A stretch of 63,908 nt of DNA, the filler included, from an uncultured Methanosarcinales archaeon (GTDB lineage: Archaea; Nanobdellota; Nanobdellia; Woesearchaeales; JACPBV01), in NCBI GenBank assembly GCA_964492935.1. It is 3 parts of 3 records of this genome, joined end to end, with 100 filler letters (N's around TTAATTAATTAA, not from the genome) between each part and the next. Parts side by side here need not be neighbours in the genome. Positions count along the whole stretch, not along the records: positions 26,878 to 52,281 come from CAZBLF010000015.1; positions 52,382 to 63,908 come from CAZBLF010000034.1; 1 more part is not named here. One strand, given 5' to 3'. The notes beneath the pieces are model-generated. The model saw only the letters and a program-made list of their open reading frames with translations. It ran no database searches and was not told the DNA's origin. Below are positions 46,365 to 55,542 of this stretch, piece after piece; the stretch's first letter is position 1; every line of letters begins with the position of its first letter. The translations under genes and the position numbers were made by a program.

Positions 46365-48128
46365 ATGAAACGCATTGCTGTTGTAGAAAAGGAGCGCTGC
46401 AATCCTGAGGGATGTGGCGGCTATCTCTGTATAAAGAAAAGCCCATTAAATAGGATGGGCGTAGAAGCAATAGTCCAAGGACCAGACGGCAAAGCGCAAA
46501 TAAACGAAGATCTTGCAACCGATGCATTACAAGTAGTCGTCAATGTCTGCCCCTTCCATGCTATTCACATGGTCAAATTGCCGGAACACCTTACAACAAG
46601 ACCCATCCATCGATACGGAAAAGACCAATTCATTCTCTATTCTCTCCCTACCCCTACCTTCGGCAAAGTCGTAGGGATCATTGGAGTAAATGGAATTGGA
46701 AAGTCTACCGCCATCAAAATCCTAGCTGCCGCACTGAAACCTAATCTAGGTGACTCAGAACGCACCGATGTCGATGTCGATGAGCTAATCAAACTCTTCA
46801 AGGGAACCGAAATGCAGATCTTCATGGAAAAATTCAAGAAAGAAGAAATCATTGTCAGCTTTAAACCCCAAGAGGTAGAATTAATCCAGAAAAACGCGAA
46901 AGGAAAAGTAAAAGAACTACTTGACAAAGTCAATGAAACCAAAAAGCTCAAAGAAGTCATCGAAGTCCTAGAACTCACCAATATTCTCGATACCGATATC
47001 AATAAAATCTCCGGTGGAGAGATGCAACGAGTCGCCATCGCTGCTACCGTCCTAAAAAAAGCAAATCTCTACATCTTTGACGAACCATCCTCCTTCCTAG
47101 ACATCAAACAGCGTCTAAAAATAGCAAGATTCATTCGAGATCTAGCCAATGAAGAGACCTCTGTATTAGTAATAGAACACGACCTCATCGTCATGGACTA
47201 TATGACCGACCTCGTCAACATTATGTATGGTAAAGAGAAAGTCTACGGCATCGTTTCTCAACTTAAACCAGCAAAAACCGGAATGAATGCCTATCTAGAG
47301 GGCTATCTCAAAGATGATAACGTCCGATTTCGCGACCATAAGATAGAATTCGACATTCGCTCAGCTGATAAAGAAAAAAAGAAGGATGTACGCTTTGAAT
47401 GGCCCGCCATGGAAAAGAAATTAGGCAATTTCCACCTCAAAGCAAATGCAGGTTCCATAAAAAACCAGGAAGTCATCGGAATCCTAGGACCAAATGGTAT
47501 TGGCAAGACCACCTTCATGAAATTACTAGCAGGAGTTGAAGAACCCGATTCAGGAAAACTAGACACCACCGTTTCAATCTCCTACAAACCCCAAAATCTA
47601 GCATCAGATTCAGAAGAACTAGTGATGAATGTCCTCAAAGAGGCAATTCAATACCACACCAACGATATTATCGACCCGTTAAACCTTAAAGATCTCTTTA
47701 CGCGCCAGCTCAAGCAACTTTCAGGTGGAGAACTCCAACGAGTAGCTGTGGCAGAAGCCCTAGGAAAGAAAGCCGATATTATTCTACTAGACGAACCCTC
47801 CGCATATCTAGATACCGAACAACGCCTCAACATTTCAAAAATTATAAGAAACGTAGCCGACACCACCGGAAAAGCAATTCTTGTAGTCGACCACGATCTA
47901 GTGTTTTTAGATTACGTCGCAAACCGACTAATCGTCTTCGAAGGTGAACCCGCAATAGAAGGAAAACAAATCGGTCCAGTAAAAATGGAAGAAGGAATGA
48001 ATCTGCTCTTAAAAGAAGTCGAAATCACTTTGAGAAGAGATGAACAAACAGGCCGACCTCGCATCAACAAACTAGATTCTGTAATGGATCGCAAACAAAA
48101 AGACGCTGACAAGTATTATTACAGCTAA
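46365..48128 (+). CDS. Ribosome recycling ATPase ABCE1/RLI1
   Basis: Two ABC NBDs (GVNGIGKST, SGGEMQR, DEPS; GPNGIGKTT, SGGELQR), C-terminal RRDEQTGRPRINK; Fe-S domain partly degenerate. Confidence 0.96.
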   Translation: MKRIAVVEKERCNPEGCGGYLCIKKSPLNRMGVEAIVQGPDGKAQINEDLATDALQVVVNVCPFHAIHMVKLPEHLTTRPIHRYGKDQFILYSLPTPTFGKVVGIIGVNGIGKSTAIKILAAALKPNLGDSERTDVDVDELIKLFKGTEMQIFMEKFKKEEIIVSFKPQEVELIQKNAKGKVKELLDKVNETKKLKEVIEVLELTNILDTDINKISGGEMQRVAIAATVLKKANLYIFDEPSSFLDIKQRLKIARFIRDLANEETSVLVIEHDLIVMDYMTDLVNIMYGKEKVYGIVSQLKPAKTGMNAYLEGYLKDDNVRFRDHKIEFDIRSADKEKKKDVRFEWPAMEKKLGNFHLKANAGSIKNQEVIGILGPNGIGKTTFMKLLAGVEEPDSGKLDTTVSISYKPQNLASDSEELVMNVLKEAIQYHTNDIIDPLNLKDLFTRQLKQLSGGELQRVAVAEALGKKADIILLDEPSAYLDTEQRLNISKIIRNVADTTGKAILVVDHDLVFLDYVANRLIVFEGEPAIEGKQIGPVKMEEGMNLLLKEVEITLRRDEQTGRPRINKLDSVMDRKQKDADKYYYS

Positions 48129-49043
48129 TCACTCCAAGATCTCAACATCATCAACAACACCATCCGAATCTACATCAACACCTTCTACAACCTTCGCATC
48201 TACACTCTTCTTATGTTTATTTCCAGAAGAAATCAAAGAAAAATAACGAGTAAATGCGATTATAGCAGCTCGCGTACCAGCATACCGCTTCCCAGCAACA
48301 AGCAAAACAGAAGATTTAGGATTAAACGGATTCACAATCTTTTGAATAACACCAATCTCATCTGAATCATACTTTTTTTTAGACAATTTAGAAATAATTG
48401 AACTACTCTTCGAATCAAAATAGATTGGCAGGGACTTAGCCATCTTTGCAGTAACCGCATTCACCACCGGACCACCGATCACAATAAGATTGCCCGTTAA
48501 ATCCCGAACCTCGGTATCCAATTTAACATGTAGTCTATCCACATTGTGAACAAAACTTCCTAAAAACAATGCCAAGTCCATCCCGTAATACCCATCTCTC
48601 GAACGAGCCTTATCCGGCCCATGCGGATCCGGACTACCCACAATAATATCGGCATCCAGTTTACCATTAACAATAAACGGCTCTAAAAAAGGCTCAGCAG
48701 CAGGCTCCAAATCAAGCTGCCTTGTAGCTTCAAACTCTTTAAATTTGAAAAAGAACGCATCCTGCACCAATCCATAGTACTGTCTAACAACCCCCTGAGC
48801 AACCTCGCTTTTAACAACTGTAATCAACCCTGCTTTTTCCAAATTACGAACATGATAATACACTCGCTGCTCATGCACCTTCAGTTTCCGAGCAATCGCC
48901 ATAGGATAACTACTCTTTTTCGCCAACAACGAAAGAATTTGAGAAGAAAGCACAGAATTAAAGTGCTTCAAACTACTCAAAGAGACCTCTTTAGCCGAAA
49001 GTGAAGTCACCTTCCCACCGTCCTTATTTACGAGTAAAACCAT
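48129..49043 (-). CDS. ArsR-like HTH protein with conserved archaeal C-terminal domain
   Basis: YPMAIARKLKVHEQRVYYHVRNLEKAG; IIVGSPDPHG, NLIVIGGPVVN, D.DSDG.VD. Confidence 0.8.
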   Translation of the reverse strand: MVLLVNKDGGKVTSLSAKEVSLSSLKHFNSVLSSQILSLLAKKSSYPMAIARKLKVHEQRVYYHVRNLEKAGLITVVKSEVAQGVVRQYYGLVQDAFFFKFKEFEATRQLDLEPAAEPFLEPFIVNGKLDADIIVGSPDPHGPDKARSRDGYYGMDLALFLGSFVHNVDRLHVKLDTEVRDLTGNLIVIGGPVVNAVTAKMAKSLPIYFDSKSSSIISKLSKKKYDSDEIGVIQKIVNPFNPKSSVLLVAGKRYAGTRAAIIAFTRYFSLISSGNKHKKSVDAKVVEGVDVDSDGVVDDVEILE

Positions 49044-49116
49044 TATAAATCCTTTTTTAATACTACTAACAATAGTTTAATATTCATTTATATATAAGGT
49101 TTACTCTCAAAGCCTA

Positions 49117-50904
49117 ATGTGCGGTATAGTTGGAGCTATTGCGGAGAGAAATGTAGCACCCCTTCTTCTAGAATCGCTAAAAAAATTAGAGTATCGTGGC
49201 TATGACTCTGCAGGTCTGGCAACCATTGAGCAAAACACACTTACCGTAAAGAAAGACCAAGGAAAAATAAACGAGGTAGACGAAAAAGTAGACCTCCACA
49301 ATCTCAAAGGAAATATCGGATTAGCCCATACGAGATGGTCAACCTGTGGATCGGTTACAAAAGAAAACGCCCATCCCCATCAAGATTGCACAAAAAAAAT
49401 AGCCATCGTTCACAACGGAATCATCGAAAACCATGAAGAGTTAAGAAAGCAACTACAACACCACGAATTCACCTCAGAAACCGATACCGAAGTCATAGCA
49501 CATCTCATAGAAGAGAACAACCAAGGAAATCTGGTCCAGGCAGTCTCCAAAACCCTTAAACAGTTGGAAGGATCCTATGCCCTAGGCATTATCGAAGCAG
49601 CTAACCCTCATCAACTCATAGCTGCAAGAAAAGAAAGCCCACTCATTATAGGAATCGGAGAAAATGAAAACTTCATCGCCTCAGATGCACCAGCCATTCT
49701 CAATCAAACTAAAAACGTAATCTATCTTGAGAACGAAGAAATAGCTGTACTCACTAAAGACGAAGTAGAAATCTTCGATCTAGAAGGAAATAAAAAGGAA
49801 AAAGAGATCCAAACCATAGAATGGGATGCAGAAAAAGCAGAGAAGCAAGGCTACGAACACTTCATGCTCAAAGAAATCCATGAACAGTCCGCAAGCATAG
49901 CAGAAACCCTCAATCAAGACATCGAACATACACTCGACCTCAAAGACATCAAAAGAATCATCATCGTTGCCTGTGGAACCTCCTGGCACGCCGGCCTAGT
50001 GGGAGAGTTCATGATTGAGGAATTAGCAAAAATACCAGTCGAGGTAGAATACGCCTCCGAATTCCGCTACCGAGATCCCATCATAGAAAACAACACATTA
50101 ATCATTCCCATCTCTCAATCGGGGGAAACAGCAGACACGCTAGCAGCACTAAAAGAAGCGAAAGAAAAAGGAGCAAAGATACTTTCAATAGTAAATGTAC
50201 AAGGTTCATCCATAGAGCGAGAATCCGATGCAGTCCTCTACACAAAAGCAGGACCCGAAATTGGAGTAGCATCAACAAAAGCATTCACCGCCCAGCTCAC
50301 AGTCCTCTATCTACTTACCTTACACCTAGGAAAGGTAAAAAATACACTTCCCGCGTCACAAATCCAAAACAGAATCCGAGATCTAAGAAAACTTCCACTG
50401 CAAATAGAGCAAGCCATTGAAGAGTCGCAACACATCAAAAAATTGGCAACACTTTTCTACGAAAAAAACCATGCACTCTACCTAGGACGTGGCATCAACT
50501 ACCCTATCGCCCTAGAAGGTGCACTAAAACTCAAAGAAGTCTCCTATATCCATGCAGAAGGCTATCCCGCAGCCGAGATGAAACACGGCCCCATCGCATT
50601 AATTGACGAACAAATGCCCATCGTCGTAATCGCAACCAAAGATGACCGTACCTACAAGAAAGTCATCAGCAATATTGAGGAAGTCACCGCTCGTGGAGGC
50701 GTCGTCATCGCAATTGCAACTCAGGGCGACACCGAAATAGCAAAAAAAGTAGACCATGTCATCTACATACCAGAAAACTCTTATATCCTAACGCCCCTAC
50801 TTGCTACAATACCATTACAACTATTCGCCTATTACATTGCAACCCTAAGAAAGCACGATCCCGACAAACCAAAAAACCTAGCAAAGAGTGTGACGGTAGA
50901 ATGA
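49117..50904 (+). CDS. glmS: Glutamine--fructose-6-phosphate aminotransferase
   Basis: MCGIVG, LEYRGYDSAG, HNGIIEN, SQSGETADT, VASTKAF, EMKHGPIAL, NLAKSVTVE. Confidence 0.98.
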   Translation: MCGIVGAIAERNVAPLLLESLKKLEYRGYDSAGLATIEQNTLTVKKDQGKINEVDEKVDLHNLKGNIGLAHTRWSTCGSVTKENAHPHQDCTKKIAIVHNGIIENHEELRKQLQHHEFTSETDTEVIAHLIEENNQGNLVQAVSKTLKQLEGSYALGIIEAANPHQLIAARKESPLIIGIGENENFIASDAPAILNQTKNVIYLENEEIAVLTKDEVEIFDLEGNKKEKEIQTIEWDAEKAEKQGYEHFMLKEIHEQSASIAETLNQDIEHTLDLKDIKRIIIVACGTSWHAGLVGEFMIEELAKIPVEVEYASEFRYRDPIIENNTLIIPISQSGETADTLAALKEAKEKGAKILSIVNVQGSSIERESDAVLYTKAGPEIGVASTKAFTAQLTVLYLLTLHLGKVKNTLPASQIQNRIRDLRKLPLQIEQAIEESQHIKKLATLFYEKNHALYLGRGINYPIALEGALKLKEVSYIHAEGYPAAEMKHGPIALIDEQMPIVVIATKDDRTYKKVISNIEEVTARGGVVIAIATQGDTEIAKKVDHVIYIPENSYILTPLLATIPLQLFAYYIATLRKHDPDKPKNLAKSVTVE

Positions 50905-51368
50905 ACATAAGAAATGCACAAGAACAAGACGCAGCTCAAATAGCAGCAGTCCTAGAAGATGCATATAATATAGATTCAATACAAGAAGGCATCACCATCT
51001 TCAAAAAAGAACAAACAAAAGGCTACCACTATCTCGTCGCAGAAGAAGACAACAAAATCGTAGGAATAACCACATGGCAAATGCATGGTCTCCCTAAACA
51101 CCAACTAGCCGAGCTCGATAGAATCGCAGTCCTCAAAACCCATCAAGGCAAAGGCTTAGGCAAACAACTCTTCGATGCACTCCTAAAAGAAGCATCTAAA
51201 GAATACGAAAAACACAATCAAAAACTAAGAAAACTCTACCTCTTAACACACGCAGATAACGAGCAAGCACAAACGTTCTACAAGAAGTTAGGAATGCAAC
51301 AAGAAGCAATCCTAAAAAACCATTTCTACGAAGGTAAGGATGAGTTCATCTTCAGTATCTTCCCCTAA
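50901..51368 (+). CDS. GNAT family N-acetyltransferase
   Basis: IAV...HQGKGLGKQL motif A and N..AQTFYKKLG. Confidence 0.9.
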   Translation: MNIRNAQEQDAAQIAAVLEDAYNIDSIQEGITIFKKEQTKGYHYLVAEEDNKIVGITTWQMHGLPKHQLAELDRIAVLKTHQGKGLGKQLFDALLKEASKEYEKHNQKLRKLYLLTHADNEQAQTFYKKLGMQQEAILKNHFYEGKDEFIFSIFP

Positions 51369-51405
51369 CAACAACCCATATAAACAACCACAATTCCATC
51401 AAGCA

Positions 51406-51855
51406 ATGCCTCACATCCCAACTAAACCAAAATCCGATAGAGAGTTCTTTGAAATCCTCAGTAATATTATCTTCGTAGCAGGATTCCGTTATTCAGTCGT
51501 TCAAGCCAGATAGCCACACATCATGAAAGCATTCAAGAATTTCGACATAAAGAAAGTTGCCAAACTAAACATGGAAGACATAGTAAAAGCAGAAGGAATG
51601 ATCAAGAACAAACCCAAGATCCAGGCAATTATCGACAATGCAAAAATATGCCTAGAAATCACGAAAGAACACCAAGGCGTGATGAAATACATGGAAAGCC
51701 TCCACAAACTCCACAAAAAAGATCCACTCTTCAATCCTTCCTTACAAGAAGACGTCCAAAGATTCAACAGAATAGGAAAAACTACGAGCGTCTGGATCGC
51801 ATATGTTGTTACAAGAGAGAATAATCTACTAACTAAATCTTACAGAATCCATTAA
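51406..51855 (+). pseudogene. DNA-3-methyladenine glycosylase I family gene interrupted by an in-frame TAG (51511-51513)
   Basis: In frame: SDREFFEILSNIIFVAGFRYSVVQAR*PHIMKAFKNFDIKKVA...IKNKPKIQAIIDNA; TAG sits where Trp (TGG) is expected. Confidence 0.75.
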
Positions 51856-52202
51856 TTTTCGATAGCATCTATTCTTCTAATCTCGCCAAATACCTGCTTA
51901 GCAAGGTCTTTTAGTTCGGCCTGCAAATTGGGTTGAGGTCCAAGTGAACCCTTTTTGATTTTTCTGACGATGCTATCATGAAACTTCTTTGCCTCTGATC
52001 CTTTTGGATCCTCTTTCTTTGGCCAGAGTACAGTGGATATTCTATTCGGAAGAACTGCGTGCGATCCAAATTTTTTCTGGCATGCTAGCGATAAACCTCG
52101 ACCATCCATCCAAATCTCCCAGGGTCCAAAAGGACGAGGAATACCCGTTTGGACAGTATATCCTTGAAATTTATCGCTGCCAACCTTAGTAAAAGTAATC
52201 AT
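51852..52202 (-). CDS. Hypothetical protein
   Basis: ORF from ATG 52202; convergent 4-nt overlap with the upstream gene. Confidence 0.5.
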   Translation of the reverse strand: MITFTKVGSDKFQGYTVQTGIPRPFGPWEIWMDGRGLSLACQKKFGSHAVLPNRISTVLWPKKEDPKGSEAKKFHDSIVRKIKKGSLGPQPNLQAELKDLAKQVFGEIRRIDAIEN

Positions 52203-52228
52203 AAAAATAATAATAAACAAGAACTATT

Positions 52229-52281
52229 TGAACTACCACTAGGCTAAAGCCATAGTGGAATCGTCAAAGTAATCACTTAGT
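52229..52281. mobile_element. IS200/IS605-like subterminal hairpin at the contig end
   Basis: TGAACTA-CCACTA-GGCT-AA-AGCC-A-TAGTGG resembles AACTACC..GGCTAAAGCC.. ends of Y1/TnpB elements; assembly breaks 23 nt later. Confidence 0.6.
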
Positions 52282-52381
52282 NNNNNNNNNNNNNNNNNNN
52301 NNNNNNNNNNNNNNNNNNNNNNNNNTTAATTAATTAANNNNNNNNNNNNNNNNNNNNNNNNNNNNNNNNNNNNNNNNNNNN
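52282..52381. other. Artificial contig linker (N run with TTAATTAATTAA)
   Basis: Same 100-nt spacer design as 26778-26877. Confidence 0.98.
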
Positions 52382-52389
52382 CGCACAAT

Positions 52390-52887
52390 TCAATCCCTAA
52401 GTCTATGAGGAACCACATTTCTACCAAAAGCCTCATACATCAGAAGGTTGGCCAATAGAGTATGATATTCAGCAGAGGTTTCAACGCGACCGACAATACT
52501 AGAGATATACCGAGAATCCTTAACGGTGTGGTCCACCTCAAAACCTAATAACACACCGAACTCATCCGCAATCCGCTCAACCCCAGGAGGAGGAGCATAA
52601 TCGGACACATTTTGACCCGCCACATCAAGCTGATTACCAAAACCAAATTGTTGAAAAGCCATAACCTCCCCTCCGGCATGAGTGGTACTAATAGCTGCAA
52701 ATGCATCGTTTTCCGATCCAGGATACGCTTCACCCATAATCTTAGCCAATCCACTATCTGATATAGTTATTCCCGATGAAGCTCCATCACGACTACCCCT
52801 CACCTTAACAGTAGGATATACTCCTTGTAATTGTCTAATAACAGAACTAAGCACAGTATCCTCCGTTCCAACTGTCGCATGCTGCAT
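52390..52887 (-). CDS. Hypothetical protein
   Basis: About 165-aa ORF; TTTAAATA box upstream. Confidence 0.55.
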   Translation of the reverse strand: MQHATVGTEDTVLSSVIRQLQGVYPTVKVRGSRDGASSGITISDSGLAKIMGEAYPGSENDAFAAISTTHAGGEVMAFQQFGFGNQLDVAGQNVSDYAPPPGVERIADEFGVLLGFEVDHTVKDSRYISSIVGRVETSAEYHTLLANLLMYEAFGRNVVPHRLRD

Positions 52888-53001
52888 AATTATCTTAACT
52901 GTATACAAACAAGTATTTAAACTTTCACTTCAGTCTTGATGATGAAGATAATCCACTCACAATCAACCTTCTTTTTAAACAAAATCCCATTCTAAACCAG
53001 T

Positions 53002-53424
53002 ATGCCTATAGAAATAATCATGCAACCAGAAATACTCTTCAGGGGAGTCACCCAAGAAGGCTTCGATAGATTAATACATCCAGACAGACAGAATGAATAT
53101 ATTGACGTAGGCCGATATACCATCAGATGGCTGGATGCTCTAGGATATGCACTTGAATATGCAGTAACATACGGTTCTAAAGCACGCATGATCCTACTTC
53201 ATGACCCCTCAAAATACAAACACAAAAAAACATCCGAAGAGGTATTTGAGATTAAAGAACCCATCCGCCTAGACGACCCAGACACAACTATTTTAACTGA
53301 AGAAAAGAATTTAGGAGACTTATGTGCATACGAAAACGAGGGCGTAATCATGACTAGAGAACAAGTAAACGAATACGCAGCAGAAGTAAGAGAAAAGTTA
53401 AAAAGATCAAAAGGCAGACAATAG
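53002..53424 (+). CDS. Hypothetical protein
   Basis: 140-aa ORF; TTTTTAAA box upstream. Confidence 0.55.
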   Translation: MPIEIIMQPEILFRGVTQEGFDRLIHPDRQNEYIDVGRYTIRWLDALGYALEYAVTYGSKARMILLHDPSKYKHKKTSEEVFEIKEPIRLDDPDTTILTEEKNLGDLCAYENEGVIMTREQVNEYAAEVREKLKRSKGRQ

Positions 53425-53556
53425 TTCCCAATCAGTAAACTAAGTTCTCCAGAAAAGTAATCTCCTTTCATCAATAATTTACTTTGACAGTCAAAAGTAA
53501 TTATTATAACAATTTTCCACAACTACAAACATAATATAAATCTAAAAGGTGATACC

Positions 53557-53877
53557 ATGAATCTAAAAAACAGTGAATTAATGAGTAGAATCGGATTAGG
53601 AATCTTTTTCCTAGTGTTCGGACTACTAAAACTAACCAAGGGAACCTGGTTTATAGAAGGACCCTACAAAATGTTCTACGGAATAGGATTTTCATCAATA
53701 CTGATTGCGATACTAGGAATCATCCAAATTGCGATGGCAATCTCCTTTTTCACAGACAAGTACGCAAGACAATCTGCATACGTAGCAGCAGGAATGATGC
53801 TCATCACAATAGTAGCAACACTACCCAAGATTGCATCAACCTTCACCCTACCGCCACCAGCAGCACCGCCCTCTTAA
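53557..53877 (+). CDS. DoxX-family membrane protein, probably 3'-truncated
   Basis: RIGLGIFFLVFGLLK N-terminal motif, 3 TMs, abrupt end after PPPAAPP. Confidence 0.7.
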   Translation: MNLKNSELMSRIGLGIFFLVFGLLKLTKGTWFIEGPYKMFYGIGFSSILIAILGIIQIAMAISFFTDKYARQSAYVAAGMMLITIVATLPKIASTFTLPPPAAPPS

Positions 53878-53996
53878 AGAAAGTAGCAAAAATATTTCCC
53901 TACCTAAGAATTATCTCAGCAATCCTAATAATTGTAGCAGGATTCTATGTAGCCTATTACCAGATCGCAATCAATCAGATCCTAGTTCCGTTGTAA
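53871..53996 (+). pseudogene. Orphan 3' fragment resembling the last TM of a CcdA/DsbD-type protein
   Basis: Different frame reads LLKKVAKIFPYLRIISAILIIVAGFYVAYYQIAINQILVPL*, with no local start codon. Confidence 0.4.
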
Positions 53997-54381
53997 GACT
54001 TCTCTTAGCATCTATTGTTTTCGCATCCGCACCACCCCGTAAAAAAACAGAGAGCATTGCAATCGACAGTCCCAAATCACGAATCATCACATCGTTATAT
54101 CCTAACGATACGCTAATACCGAACAAATGCAGGAACAACAAACCAGAAGCTAATCGAGTAAACAAACCAACCAACAACAACCCGCCTAGAACAACTTCAG
54201 CAATCCCGTTCAACAATACGAACAGTTCAGCACTAATAGGCAAGTTAAACACAAACCCAGGAAGATATCCCATCCAAGACGCACTATCAAAGATCTGATT
54301 CAATCCAAACCATAAAACAACCAGTGCCAGTCCAATTCTCAGGACCGGAGCACTCCAAGCTTTATATCTATCAAAATCCAT
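53971..54381 (-). CDS. DoxX-family membrane protein
   Basis: VLRIGLALVVLWFG, NGIAEVVLG.LLLVG.FTR, IRDLGL. Confidence 0.85.
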   Translation of the reverse strand: MDFDRYKAWSAPVLRIGLALVVLWFGLNQIFDSASWMGYLPGFVFNLPISAELFVLLNGIAEVVLGGLLLVGLFTRLASGLLFLHLFGISVSLGYNDVMIRDLGLSIAMLSVFLRGGADAKTIDAKRSLTTELGSD

Positions 54382-54891
54382 CTATTCCACCACCAGCTTT
54401 CCGCGCATGCCACCATGCCCAGATCCACAGCTTACAGAACAAAAGAAGTCAAACGTCCCCTTTTTGTCAGCAACAAATTCAATGTTCACCGTATTGCCCG
54501 GTGCTAAAAACTCTCTAACGCCAAATGTAGGGAGAGCGAATCCGTGATCAACATCCGAACTCGTAACGGCTAACTTAACCGTATCGCCCTCATTCACCGT
54601 AATGGTTGAAGGAATAAATTCAAACTTCTTTGCCTCCACCGTAAATGATTTAACATTTGATTCAGGGGGTGCTGGCGGAGTAACATCTTCAACTTCCGGA
54701 GCCACCTCTTCAACCGTTTCAATAACATCAACAGGTTCAGGAACAGCATCAACATAATCTGCCTCCGCTTCATCCTCATGATGCCCATCTGCATTCGTGT
54801 CATCATGGGGCGTAACAACAACCCCACTCCCTCCACATCCAGCAACAACTAATGCCAGTATCAAAATCATTCCCAGTAATATTTTTCTCAT
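54382..54891 (-). CDS. Lipoprotein with CuA-type cupredoxin domain
   Basis: Lipobox VAGC; DVDHGF and FFCSVSCGSGHGGMRGKLVV CuA ligand pattern. Confidence 0.9.
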   Translation of the reverse strand: MRKILLGMILILALVVAGCGGSGVVVTPHDDTNADGHHEDEAEADYVDAVPEPVDVIETVEEVAPEVEDVTPPAPPESNVKSFTVEAKKFEFIPSTITVNEGDTVKLAVTSSDVDHGFALPTFGVREFLAPGNTVNIEFVADKKGTFDFFCSVSCGSGHGGMRGKLVVE

Positions 54892-54901
54892 CCTTCACAC
54901 C

Positions 54902-55339
54902 TCATTTTTGAAAGTCACATCCAGTCAAATCACGCAAACGCTCAAACGACTGCACCTTTTCATACTTTTTTCCATCAATAATCCACGTAGGCCTATAAAC
55001 TAAATCTTCCTTTATCTGATAAGTGACATACTTAAACGATTTTCCAAACATCCCTTTTTGAGCATTCGTATACTGGCACCAATCCTCTCCCTGCATAACA
55101 ACGCCCTTTTCCGTCAAACACTGAGCAAAACCATCCCATTTACCCGGTGTCATCGCCCGAATCGTAAGAGGCAAGCCAATAATAATAATCAAACCAATAA
55201 GAATACTAGTAATAATCACCTTAGTCTTTTTCTTACTCGAAGCCCGACCCGCATCAATAGAAGTATGCTGATCCTCTCGCTCACCCTGCAGAGCTCTATC
55301 CTCTTCATCTAATCGTTTCTGCTTATTTGGATTAATCAC
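54902..55339 (-). CDS. Membrane-anchored thioredoxin-like protein with degenerate CxxC (WCQYT)
   Basis: FAQCLTEKG..M.G..WC...QK.MFG.SF, PTWII.G, L..LTGC pattern. Confidence 0.65.
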   Translation of the reverse strand: MINPNKQKRLDEEDRALQGEREDQHTSIDAGRASSKKKTKVIITSILIGLIIIIGLPLTIRAMTPGKWDGFAQCLTEKGVVMQGEDWCQYTNAQKGMFGKSFKYVTYQIKEDLVYRPTWIIDGKKYEKVQSFERLRDLTGCDFQK

Positions 55340-55412
55340 TTAAACCCCCAAAACCCTAGAAACATAGTTCCTTTTTAAAACTTGTGAAAAGAGGAAAAAC
55401 TAACTTTTGATA

Positions 55413-55542
55413 CTATTCATACAATTCTATCGAAGGATGAAACGCATACCACGCATATCCTCACTTCGTTCGGGACACGTGGTCTGCTTTACTACTCTGC
55501 CACACCATAAAGTCCTGTCGAAGGATGGAACGCATACCACGC
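55413..55542. repeat. Duplicated 3' end of the DUF3179 gene joined to a REP-like hairpin
   Basis: 55430-55454 vs 55518-55542 24/25 identical (32/37 extended); hairpin CCACG..TCC-TCACTTCGTTCG-GGA..CGTGG at 55449-55482. Confidence 0.85.

Noticed and set aside
51511..51513. Genome-wide TAG recoding suggested by in-frame TAGs
   Set aside because: Well-conserved genes such as metK, rpoD and the GH15 gene end in TAG at expected positions, and no suppressor tRNA is visible in the window
55413..55542. Diversity-generating retroelement VR/TR pair
   Set aside because: The repeat is only about 37 nt, mismatches are not confined to adenines on either strand, and there is no reverse transcriptase in the window
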